A DNA stretch of 64,000 nucleotides from an uncultured Microthrixaceae bacterium. GTDB lineage: Bacteria > Actinomycetota > Acidimicrobiia > Acidimicrobiales > Acidimicrobilacustridaceae. The first letter of the stretch is position 1; every line of letters begins with the position of its first letter. Position numbers and translations under genes: made by a program. The DNA lies in assembly GCA_963773335.1 (NCBI GenBank), contig CAVZAT010000004.1, positions 1,667,785 through 1,731,784 of the forward strand. Direction: 5' to 3'. Shown here piece after piece: positions 1-8,110 of this stretch. The notes under the pieces are model-generated. The model ran no database searches and was not told the DNA's origin. It saw only the letters and a program-made list of their open reading frames with translations.

Positions 1-744
1 CGCGGTGATCGGCGATGAGTCGCCGGTGCCGGCGGATGTGGTCGACGTTGTCGCGGTCCAGTCGCCGAGGAGGTCGACGAGGTCGGGGTGCAGGGGGATG
101 TAGCGGTCGTTGCGGAGTTTGCCGACCGGGACGCGCAGCCAGTCGTGCGTCGCCGATGCGGGTGACGGCGTCGGCGGCGAGGTCGCACAGCTCGCTGGCG
201 CGTAGGCCGGTGCGGGCGAGGATCTCGACGACGAGCCGGTCGCGGGGGTCGGTGGCGGCGCGGGCGGCGGCCATGAGCTTGGCGGCAGCCGCGGTCGTCG
301 AGGAACTTCGGGAGCGGTTCGGGTCGGGGTGGGATGTCGCCGGCGAGGATCGGGTTGCGGATGGGGGCGTCGGGCCAGTCCCACTCGATGAGCCGCTCGA
401 AGAAGATGCGCATCATCCGCAGCCGTTGGCGTTGCGTGTTCTTAGCCAGGGTCGGCGGCTTTGGTGCCGGGCCGGCGGGCGAGCCACACCTTGAAGTCCT
501 CGATGTCGTCGCGGCTGATGTCGGCGACGCCCGCGACGTCGGTGTGGTCGACCAGCCAGCCCGCCAACTGGCGCAGCGTGCCGTCGGCGGACGTCGACGC
601 TGCGCGGCGCCAAGGACGTGGCCGCCTGGGAGAGGTAGCGGCCCATGGTGGCGGCCAGCTGCGGGGCCCGGGCGCCGATGGTCGGCCCATTCGAGCTCGG
701 CACGCGAGTTCGGCGGCTGGGCGGCGGGCAGCGGCGGCGCTCAT
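1..744 (-). pseudogene. Tyrosine recombinase/integrase, second gene of a tandem pair. Runs off the left window edge; frame broken several times.
   Basis: ORF 442..744(-) gives an N-terminal core-binding-like segment (ISRDDIEDFKVWLARRPG). Further left, recombinase-like sequence (LAKNTQRQRLRMMRIFFERLIEWDWPD, LVVEILARTGLRASELCDL, WLRVPVGKLRNDRYIPLHPDLVDLL) is only recovered by changing frame near 445 and near 300. ATG 744..742 overlaps the TGA 743..741 of the upstream recombinase. Confidence 0.6.
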
Positions 745-1861
745 CGGGTCATCTCCTGCGGTGCCCAGGAACTGGTCGAGCGTGGCGGTGTCGATGTCGA
801 TGAGATCGGCGGCTGGCGGTATTGGTCGGCCAGCCAGTCGTCGGTGAGGTGCAGGTAGATGCGGGTCGACTCGATCGAGCGGTGACCGGCCTGGGCTTGG
901 ACCGCCTCGAGGGCCATGCCCGCTTCGCGCAGCGGGTCAGACAGGTGTGGCGCAACTGATGGCAGGTGCCCCGGGTCAGCCCGGCCCGGCGGCGGGCGCC
1001 GGCCAGGATCTCGTCGAGACCTTCCGCCGACAGCGGCTGGCCCGCGCCGGGGCCCTTTCAACGCCACGAACACTCGGTCCGTCGAACACGGTCGGGGGCG
1101 TTCGTCGTGCAGGTAGTCGCCGACCGCGGCGAAGAACCGATTCGCGATCGGCACCACCCGTTGGTGGCCGCCTTTGCCGTCGGCGATGAACACTCGCCGT
1201 TCGCCGACCCGCACGTCGCTCAGGCGCAACCCCAGGACCTCGCAGCGGCGCAGGCCGCCTAGCACCATCGCCAGGACCATCGCCCGGTCCCGGCTGGTGC
1301 GCAGCGACCCCAGCAACGCGTCGACCTCGCCCGGCGCCAGGATCTTCGGCAGCGTCCGCGGCACCCGCACCAACGGCACCGTCCGGGAACGCTCGAGCCG
1401 CCCGCCCGGCGGCGTGGACAGACCCCGCGGCACCGGGTTTGCGGCCGCACCGCGTGTCGCCCCGTGCGACCAGATACGCGTACAAGCCCGACACCGACGA
1501 CAGCCGCCGGGCGATCGTGCGCGCCGACAAGCCCGACTCGCCGATCCGCCAGCCGGACCACCGTGCGATCGCCGCGCTGACGCGGCCAGGAAGCTCGAAC
1601 ACGTCGGCCGGCGTCACCTCCACCGGGTCCTTGTCGACCACCGAGAAGAACATCTTCAGATCGAACGCGACCGCCCGCAGTCGTGTTCGGTCGGGCCCGA
1701 CCCGCGACGAACTCCAGGTAACGATCGACCAGCGGGTCGCCCAACTCATAGCCGCACCTCCCCCGGCAGCCACCGATGAGCGGACAAGACACGGAGACCA
1801 GGTCATCCCGCGCACGCCTCCCAGCGCCCAGCGAGATGCACGCGGATGCACGAAGGATCAC
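741..1861 (-). pseudogene. Tyrosine recombinase/integrase (XerC/D-like phage-integrase family), multiply frameshifted.
   Basis: The C-terminal catalytic region ends AGHRSIESTRIYLHLTDDWLADQY in ORF 741..1433(-). The segment QPLSAEGLDEILAGARRRAGLTRGTCHQLRHTCLTR is readable only in another frame between about 905 and 1000. The N-terminal part (LGDPLVDRYLEFVAGRARPNT, AVAFDLKMFFSVVDKDPVEVTPADVFE, GLSARTIARRLSSVSGLYAYLVARG) is split between ORFs 976..1851(-) and 1259..1861(-). The true start is uncertain. Confidence 0.65.
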
Positions 1862-1946
1862 CCGTGTATTAGGCGTTAGGGCCTCCGCTGAGGCCGCGGG
1901 TTCGGTGTTCGGGCGGCCTGTGGAGGGATCTTACGAGTCTCCCTGG

Positions 1947-2594
1947 TCAGGGCTCCGGAGGGCTCCCCGGGGTGGCTCGGACGGCGGGTCGGTAGCCGGC
2001 GTCAGCCAGCCAAGCCCGGGCCCGGCCCCGTTGCCGATCTTCGGTGAACGCGTACCAGCGGTCGAGTTCGTCGGGCCAACGGCGGATGGTGTCGCGGAAG
2101 CGTCGGAAGGCTCCGGAGCCGGTGATGGCCTTTTCGAGCCGGGCCACCTGATCGGGGTCGGTGAGCGTGTCGATGAAGATCTCCATGTCCTGGTAGCCGT
2201 CCCGGGAGCCCTGCCCGAAGACCACCAGCCACCGGTCCGGATCCTCCGCGTCATCAGGGTCGAACAACCCCGAGTCGATGCTGTTCTCGAGGACCGCCTC
2301 GATCCAGACGACGCCGGTGGTGAGATCGATCCGCCCTTCGTTCTCACCGGGGTTGCCCTCGAGGATCAAGGCCAGTTCCTCCAGGTCGATCGTCAAAGGG
2401 GCAAGCGCCAAGGCCGGTCGGCGTCCAAGTGCCGCCTCGAGCTGGTCGGCAAGCTCGTCGTCTCCGTCCCAGAACCGGCCCCGCAGGTCCTCGACGAGCT
2501 TCGCCGCCAACTCGGCAGCCCCCTCCGCATGTTGGGCCAGCGCGTGCAACAGCCCGTCACCGAGCAGCTGGAGCACGTCGTCGGGCGTCAGCAT
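1947..2594 (-). CDS. UPF0158-family protein of unknown function.
   Basis: C-terminal part of ORF 1947..3056(-): IDLEELALILEG...IDLTTGVVW...GYQDMEIFIDTL...AITGSGAFRRFRDTIRRWPDELDRWYAFTEDRQRGRARAWL matches my recollection of the UPF0158 pattern. The start could be ATG 2594 or ATG 2675. Confidence 0.55.
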   Translation of the reverse strand: MLTPDDVLQLLGDGLLHALAQHAEGAAELAAKLVEDLRGRFWDGDDELADQLEAALGRRPALALAPLTIDLEELALILEGNPGENEGRIDLTTGVVWIEAVLENSIDSGLFDPDDAEDPDRWLVVFGQGSRDGYQDMEIFIDTLTDPDQVARLEKAITGSGAFRRFRDTIRRWPDELDRWYAFTEDRQRGRARAWLADAGYRPAVRATPGSPPEP

Positions 2595-2754
2595 TGGGGC
2601 GAGGTCGACCACCGCCTGGCCACCCCCCCGGTACACCGCGCCGCGGAGCTGCCTGCATCGATCTCGAGCGTCCATCCTTCTTAGCTCCCCTCGTCTCGCG
2701 CCGGTGCACAGCATCCCAAAGCCCGGGGCTCGGCGACGGGCCAGACTGGGGTCG

Positions 2755-3228
2755 GTGTTCACCATCCATGCCACCCGCAAGCTCCTCGACCGGGTCAAAC
2801 AACCCATCACAGACCCCGCGGCGGCGCCGACCACCGCCCTGGGGGACTGGTATGCCACCGCCCTGTTCTGGCAACCGCAGGTGGCACTGCTGGTCAACGA
2901 GACGACGCTGATCCCGGTGCTGATGCCCTTGGCACCGGCTTCGACCCTCATCCATCGGTTTCCTGAAGCGCTCGGAACCAACCTCCGGGCCCACGGCATC
3001 GACCAGGGCTTCATCGAGAGGGAACTCGCCGCCATGGGCGAAGGTCGGTACGCCAAGACCGCCAGCCGCAGCGTGGTGGGTGTGATGAATGAGTGGGCCT
3101 ATTTCTCCAACGCCTACCGCGGTGATCGGGGAGCCGACGATCTCGTCGCACTTGCCCTCCAGGTTTCGCAGGTTCCGTGTGGACCACTGTCGGCGGCCAT
3201 GAGATCGTGCCCGGAGGCGGCCAAGTAG
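2755..3228 (+). pseudogene. DUF6933-like protein, 5' part, interrupted by IS21 after nt 3187. The current ORF runs 41 nt into the IS and stops.
   Basis: VFTIHATRKLLDRVKQPI...LGDWYATALFWQPQVALLVNETTLIPVLMPLAPASTL...SRSVVGVMNEWAY, with a GTG start at 2755. The frame continues exactly into 5733..5821 once the IS and one copy of the duplicated GACCAC are removed. Confidence 0.6.
3182..3187. repeat. Target-site duplication GACCAC, left copy, flanking IS21.
   Basis: An identical hexamer lies immediately outside both IS ends (3182..3187 and 5727..5732). Confidence 0.8.
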
Positions 3229-3282
3229 CTGCCCGGGCGTGGCCAACAGAACTGCCCGCTGGTGGTCAGTGGTTCTGCCCTT
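3188..3282. repeat. IS21 left-end multiple terminal repeats (CTGCCCGG-like x4).
   Basis: Motif copies at 3208, 3229, 3252 and 3275, spaced 21/23/23 bp. They mirror the right-end array. Confidence 0.7.
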
Positions 3283-3375
3283 GTTGATGTCGGTTGCCTG
3301 CTGGGGTCCGCCCGGTGGGTGCCCCTCCTGGATCGACTGGTCGGTGCTGACCAGACCGTCGACCAGGAGAGGCAT

Positions 3376-4857
3376 GTGAAGTCTTACGAGGAAGTCATGG
3401 AGATTCTTGAAGCATTCGATCTGACGCGATCGTTCCGCGACGCGGCGGAGCTGGCGGGGTGCTCGCATCACACCGTCGCCGACTGGGTCGCCAAGCGCGA
3501 CCGGGGCGAGCTGCCCGTGCCGGGCGAGATCACCGAACGACCGAAGCTGATCGACCCGTTCTTGGCCAAGATCGAGGAGTGGGTCGACCGGTCCGACGGC
3601 AAGATCCGCGCTGATGTCGTGTTCGACCGCCTCGTCGCGGTCGGCTTCGCCGGGTCGGCGCGCACGGTGCGTCGGGCCGTCGCCCGGGTGAAGGGCAACT
3701 ACAAGCGGGGGAACCGGCGGGTGTATCGGCCGTGGATTGCTGAGCCGGGCATGTGGGCGCAGTGGGACTGGGGCAAGGGCCCGATCATCGGGGGGCGGGC
3801 CACGAATCTGTTCTGCGCCTGGTTCGGGTGGTCACGGTTCCGGGTCGTGATCCCAACCTGGGACCGCACGATGGCCACGGTGATCGGCTGTTTGGACCGG
3901 GCGATGCGCGCCGCGGGCGGGGCGCCGACGTACTGGCTGACCGACAACGAGAAGACGGTGACGGTTGATCACGTGGCCGGGGTCCCGGTCCGGAACCCGG
4001 CGGTCGTCGCGGCCGGTCACCACTACGGGGTCACGATCGCGACGTGCGTCCCGTTCGATCCCGAGTCCAAGGGCGGCGTGGAAGCGACCGTGCGGATCGC
4101 GAAGGCGGACCTGGTCCCGACCGACGCCAACCTCCGTCCCGGCTACCGGGACTGGGCTGAGCTGGTCGATGCGTGTGACGCGTTCATGGTCGAGGTCAAC
4201 GGCCGCCCGCACCGGGCCACCCGGCGGCCCCCGGTCGAGATGCTCGCTGAGGAGCAACGCCACCTGCACCGGTTGCCCGACGTCGGCTACACCGCCTGCT
4301 TCGGCCAGACCCGGCGGGTGTCGTGGTCGGCCACGATCAGCTTCGGCGGGGTCACCTACTCGGTCCCGCACACTCTCGCCGATGAGACGGTGTGGGTCCG
4401 GGTCGAGGGCGATGAGCTCGTCGCCACCCACCTGGCCGGGCGAGGCGCCACCGAAGTCGCCCGCCACCGGTTGTCGACACCGGGGCACCCGATGATCGAC
4501 GACGCTCACTACCCGCCCCGGCCCGCCGGACCCCTCGGGCGCGAGCCCAAGGCCGCCAACCCGGCCGAAGCCGCGTTCCTCGAGCTGGGCGACGGCGCCC
4601 GGACGTGGCTGATCGAGGCCGGCGCCGCGGGCGCCAGCCGGGTCAAAGCCAAGATGGCCGAGGCCGTTGAGCTCGCCGCCCTCCACGGCACCGACCGGGT
4701 CGACTGGGCGCTCGGTCACGCCGCCACCTTCGCTCGCTTCGACGACGGCGACATCGCCTCGATCCTCACCGCGCACCCCGCCGGCGAGCACCGACGCGCC
4801 GGCGAGGGCCACTCGCTCCAAGACGGCACCCGCGTCTGGGAAGACTTCGGCCGATGA
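3376..4857 (+). CDS. istA: IS21-family transposase IstA.
   Basis: ORF 3262..4857. N-terminal HTH (LTRSFRDAAELAGCSHHTVADWV) and a DDE integrase-like core. GTG 3376 or ATG 3397 is the likely start. Overlaps istB through ATGA at 4854. Confidence 0.9.
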   Translation: MKSYEEVMEILEAFDLTRSFRDAAELAGCSHHTVADWVAKRDRGELPVPGEITERPKLIDPFLAKIEEWVDRSDGKIRADVVFDRLVAVGFAGSARTVRRAVARVKGNYKRGNRRVYRPWIAEPGMWAQWDWGKGPIIGGRATNLFCAWFGWSRFRVVIPTWDRTMATVIGCLDRAMRAAGGAPTYWLTDNEKTVTVDHVAGVPVRNPAVVAAGHHYGVTIATCVPFDPESKGGVEATVRIAKADLVPTDANLRPGYRDWAELVDACDAFMVEVNGRPHRATRRPPVEMLAEEQRHLHRLPDVGYTACFGQTRRVSWSATISFGGVTYSVPHTLADETVWVRVEGDELVATHLAGRGATEVARHRLSTPGHPMIDDAHYPPRPAGPLGREPKAANPAEAAFLELGDGARTWLIEAGAAGASRVKAKMAEAVELAALHGTDRVDWALGHAATFARFDDGDIASILTAHPAGEHRRAGEGHSLQDGTRVWEDFGR

Positions 4858-5627
4858 CCGCCCCCGCCAGCGCCATCACCGATGAGGTCGTGGACCTGTT
4901 GCGCCAGCTCCGCCTGCCGCACATGCGCCGCCACGCCCCCGACCTCCTCGCCACCGCCAAAGCCCAGCGCTGGGAACCCGCCGAAGCGATCCGGGCCCTG
5001 CTCGCCGAAGAGCTCGCCGGCCGCCAAGCCTCATCGGTCGGCACGAGGCGCAAAGCGGCCGGGTTCCCCACCGGCAAGACCTTCGAGAGCTGGGACGAGA
5101 CCACCTCATCGATCCCGCCGCCCACCCAGCGGTCGCTGCGCACCCTCGAATGGGTCAGCGAACACGAGAACCTCGTCGTGTGCGGCCCTTCCGGGACCGG
5201 CAAGTCCCACCTCCTCGAAGCCCTCGGTCACGCCGCGGTCGACGCCGGCGCCCACGTATCGTGGTTCTCCCTCGAGAGCCTCGGCGCGCTGTTCCGCCGC
5301 CACCGAGCCGATGACACCACCGGCCGCGCCATCCGCAAGATCATGCGCGCCGACCTCATCTGCATCGACGACATCGGCCTGCTGCCGGTCAGCACCGAGA
5401 CCGCCGAAGCGCTCTACCGCGTCGTCGACGCCGCCTACGAACGCCGCGCCATCGCCCTCTCGTCGAATCTGCACCCCGCCGGCTTCGACGAGCTCATGCC
5501 CAAGACCATCGCCAACGCCACCGTCGACCGGCTCCTCCACCACGCCCACATCGTCATGACCACCGGCGACTCGATCCGCCTAACCCAGGCCACGACCGGC
5601 AAGGGGGTGAAGCCCCTCGACCGATGA
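4854..5627 (+). CDS. istB: IS21-family helper ATPase IstB.
   Basis: Walker A GPSGTGKSHLLEALG and Walker B DLICIDDIG. 257 aa, intact. Confidence 0.92.
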   Translation: MTAPASAITDEVVDLLRQLRLPHMRRHAPDLLATAKAQRWEPAEAIRALLAEELAGRQASSVGTRRKAAGFPTGKTFESWDETTSSIPPPTQRSLRTLEWVSEHENLVVCGPSGTGKSHLLEALGHAAVDAGAHVSWFSLESLGALFRRHRADDTTGRAIRKIMRADLICIDDIGLLPVSTETAEALYRVVDAAYERRAIALSSNLHPAGFDELMPKTIANATVDRLLHHAHIVMTTGDSIRLTQATTGKGVKPLDR

Positions 5628-5726
5628 CCCCCGGGCAGCTCTACCGGCCACCACCGGGCAGTTCTGATGGCCACCACCGGGCAGAACCACTGACCGCCCC
5701 CGGGCAGATCCCACTGGCCATTGACA
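5628..5726. repeat. IS21 right-end multiple terminal repeats (CCGGGCAG x4).
   Basis: Exact CCGGGCAG octamers start at 5631, 5654, 5677 and 5700, a constant 23-bp phasing. Confidence 0.8.
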
Positions 5727-5732
5727 GACCAC
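5727..5732. repeat. Target-site duplication GACCAC, right copy.
   Basis: See 3182..3187. Confidence 0.8.
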
Positions 5733-5821
5733 TCCGCAAGCGACACGGCAGTGCCGACCGCGAGCTGCAGGCCTTCGTCGCCGGGCTCGAAGGACGGCTG
5801 ACAGGTGACTCGTTCAGCTGA
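5733..5821 (+). pseudogene. Displaced 3' end of the IS21-interrupted DUF6933-like gene.
   Basis: Joining 3187 to 5733 gives ...VPCGP-LRKRHGSADRELQAFVAGLEGRLTGDSFS-stop. Total 522 nt = 174 codons, in frame. Confidence 0.65.
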
Positions 5822-5959
5822 GAGAGCCCGATTCCATCCCACGCCAAATCCCACGCTTTGGCCCGACATCACCGGATCGGCCCGACACCACCCGACCGCG
5901 ATCCCTGCAATTCCGGGCCAAAACGACCTCACCGGACTACTGCTACAAGCTTGACCCGC

Positions 5960-6004
5960 CTTTTAATCCCAAGGTGCCGGGTTCGAGCCCCGGGCGGCCT
6001 ACCA
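5960..6004 (+). other. Orphan tRNA 3' half (tRNA-Lys(UUU)-like: anticodon loop, variable loop, T-arm, acceptor 3' strand, ACCA). No 5' half. Putative att scar.
   Basis: CTTTTAA TCCCA AGGTG CCGGG TTCGAGC CCCGG GCGGCCT A CCA. No complementary acceptor, D-arm or 5' anticodon-stem strand lies upstream. Confidence 0.55.
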
Positions 6005-6298
6005 AGCAGGACAAGGGGCGATCAGCTTGGTCGCTTCCTCGAAGCCAGCGACGAAGTCGCCGCCGAGGTCTTAGGTGGGCTTGTCAACCCCGCTCCCGAT
6101 CATGGGGGCTCCTGATGGCCGGACTCCCTCACCCGTTCATCGACTGACCGCTGTCCAGCTACTCCTCCAGTAGCCATCACCAGTCTCGGGCCCGAGCAGG
6201 TCGCGCTCGAGTCGGTGTTTGGTGGCTCGGAGGCGGTAGCCGAGTGGGACGACGGGGACGGGGACGAGGAAATCTCCGCGTTTGGCGGCAGCCCGGGA

Positions 6299-7357
6299 TC
6301 AGGCGCTCGTCCCCAGCCGCTCGGCCAGCAGATCGAGGACGTCGAGGTCGATGATGGCCTGGGTGGCGCGCTCGGTGGCTCGGCGGCCGATCTCGATGGG
6401 TTGCCATTTCGAGCCCATGGCCGCGGTCGTGGTCGCCGCGATCCAGGCGTAGACGGAGAACAGGCGGTACTGCTCCTGGGCCACCGCGTCGTCGAGGGTG
6501 ACCCCAGCTTTCGCCAACCCGGCCCGATACCGGGCAATCAGCGCGTCCTGTTCGGCTCGGCGGACCTCGGTCGGCATCGAGCTGCACAGGAAGTACGCGA
6601 CATCGCGCATCCCTGGGAACCTGCTGGCGACGGCCCAGTCGTAGAACCCGGTCCGTCCTTCGTCGACGAACAGGTTGCCGATGTGGTCGTCGCCGTGGAT
6701 GAGCGTGCGCTCGCCCTCGTTCCACAGCGATCCGATGTCACGGTTGCGGGCGATGTACAGCTCCCCCAGCATGCGGAACTCCGGGGCCAGCTCGTCGGCG
6801 AACTGGTCGAGCGCCGAGGCCACGATGGTCGCCCCCATGGCCATCCGCTCCTGGGCCTCGGGGCCGTCGCCCGGACTCAGCGCATGCGTGCCCAGCCACG
6901 GCAGCTCCTGGCCCCAGTAGGCGGCGTGCAGCCTGGCCAACTCGTCCATCAGCGACCGGGCCACGTCGACCACATCGTCGTCGTCGGGCGTGGCGAACCG
7001 GCAGCCGGCCGCGTCGAGATCCTCGAGCACCATGATGAACGAGCTGTCGGCCTCGTCATAGGACGAGTGCCACACCCTCGGCACGCGGACCGGCAGCACG
7101 TGGCCCACCTCGGCGTACAGCCTGGCCTCCGACACGCCCAGCCCGACCATCTCCAGGAAGGCGCGCTGGTCGGCGTCGAACGGCTGGAGCTTGACGAAGA
7201 GGGTCTCGGGCAGATCGGCCTCGGTCTGGATGCGCACCTTGGCCCGACCGGTGGTACCCGAGTGCGCGTCCAGCGTCTCGACGGCAGACACATCCGCGTC
7301 GAGCACCTCGCTCAGCCACGCGGGCGTGACCTCATCGACGGTGAAAGGGATCGGCAC
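6299..7357 (-). CDS. Phosphotransferase-family (APH/choline-kinase-like) protein.
   Basis: 352 aa, intact. Kinase-like motifs LIHGDDHIGNLF and GFYDWAV. Confidence 0.75.
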   Translation of the reverse strand: MPIPFTVDEVTPAWLSEVLDADVSAVETLDAHSGTTGRAKVRIQTEADLPETLFVKLQPFDADQRAFLEMVGLGVSEARLYAEVGHVLPVRVPRVWHSSYDEADSSFIMVLEDLDAAGCRFATPDDDDVVDVARSLMDELARLHAAYWGQELPWLGTHALSPGDGPEAQERMAMGATIVASALDQFADELAPEFRMLGELYIARNRDIGSLWNEGERTLIHGDDHIGNLFVDEGRTGFYDWAVASRFPGMRDVAYFLCSSMPTEVRRAEQDALIARYRAGLAKAGVTLDDAVAQEQYRLFSVYAWIAATTTAAMGSKWQPIEIGRRATERATQAIIDLDVLDLLAERLGTSA

Positions 7358-7379
7358 CGGGTCTCCTCAGTGGTTTGTT

Positions 7380-7624
7380 GATGACGTTGGAGGTCGTGTC
7401 GTTCATCGATCGGATCATCTGGGCGGTCAGGCTCACTACCTGCTGGCGTTGGGACACCGGCAACTGGATCTGGACTCTGGCCAGGTCATCGGACATGCCG
7501 AGACCTCCCTGCATCCTGGCACCACCAACGGCAACGCACCCACGTCGCCCGGCGGCATGACCTGGTCGTAGTAGGCCTTGGCATCACCAAGGTCGGGAAC
7601 GTTGGCACCCAGGTGACCGAGCAC
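7380..7624 (-). pseudogene. Possible VOC/glyoxalase-family remnant.
   Basis: LGHLGANVPDLGDAKAYYDQVMP at the N-terminus of ORF 7436..7624(-). The rest is not recognisable in a single frame. Confidence 0.3.
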
Positions 7625-7689
7625 GCCCCCATCGTGGCCGGTGCCGAGGGTTTCACACGGGACCGCCGGGCTGGTCGACGAGCAGGACG

Positions 7690-8075
7690 GTGTCAGGCCA
7701 GGCCGGCAGCCGATGATCGACGCGGGGCCGGCCAGGGGTCGGCCTGGTCCGTGGCCACGCCGAACGCTCGCCCAGTCCTTCGGATCGAGGTAGCTGAGGT
7801 GACCTGATGATCGTCGCCCCAGACAGGATGGCAGCGGAGCTGAGGGCCAGCAGCGGATGGTCGACCATGAGCGGCGTCCCCGCCGCCGGACCGCCGAACA
7901 CCACCACGCGGGTAGGGCGCAGCGACAGCCCCACCTCGCTCGCCGCCGCCTGATGATCGATCACGTCGAACACCCGCAGGCCGCGACCTTCGATGGCCGC
8001 GGTCAGCTTGGCCACGGTGTCGTCGAAGGTCGCCGCACTGGTGCGGGTCGTGACGCCGGGAACCTCGTCGGCCAT
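7690..8075 (-). pseudogene. DUF302-domain protein, apparently frameshifted near 7850.
   Basis: MADEVPGVTTRTSAATFDDTVAKLTAAIEGRGLRVFDVIDHQAAASEVGLSLRPTRVVVFGGPAAGTPLM (ATG 8075). A continuation such as LRCHPVWGDDHQVT is only seen in another frame. The end is uncertain. Confidence 0.5.
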
Positions 8076-8110
8076 CCCCCAACGGTAGCCAGACCCTGAC
8101 GGTCGCCCAG

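Larger units (their letters stand above)
3188..5726 (+). mobile_element. IS21-family insertion sequence, 2539 bp, apparently intact.
   Basis: Ends are TGTCGGCGGCCATGAGATCGTGCCC ... GGGCAGATCCCACTGGCCATTGACA, imperfect inverted repeats of TGT...ACA type. Overlapping istA/istB genes, a 6-bp direct repeat outside both ends, and multiple subterminal CCGGGCAG motifs are present. Confidence 0.9.

Noticed and set aside
5628-5726. Regularly spaced short repeats that could hint at a CRISPR-like array.
   Set aside because: The repeats are only 8-bp motifs with 15-bp spacers. They lie inside the IS21 terminal region and are mirrored at the other IS end, so they are IS21 multiple terminal repeats. No cas genes are present.
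5960-6004. The possibility that the T-arm/ACCA fragment is the 3' end of a tmRNA or a complete unusual tRNA.
   Set aside because: No complementary 5' acceptor strand, D-arm or tag-peptide region lies upstream. The acceptor 3' strand does not provide the G3:U70 alanine identity pair expected for tmRNA.
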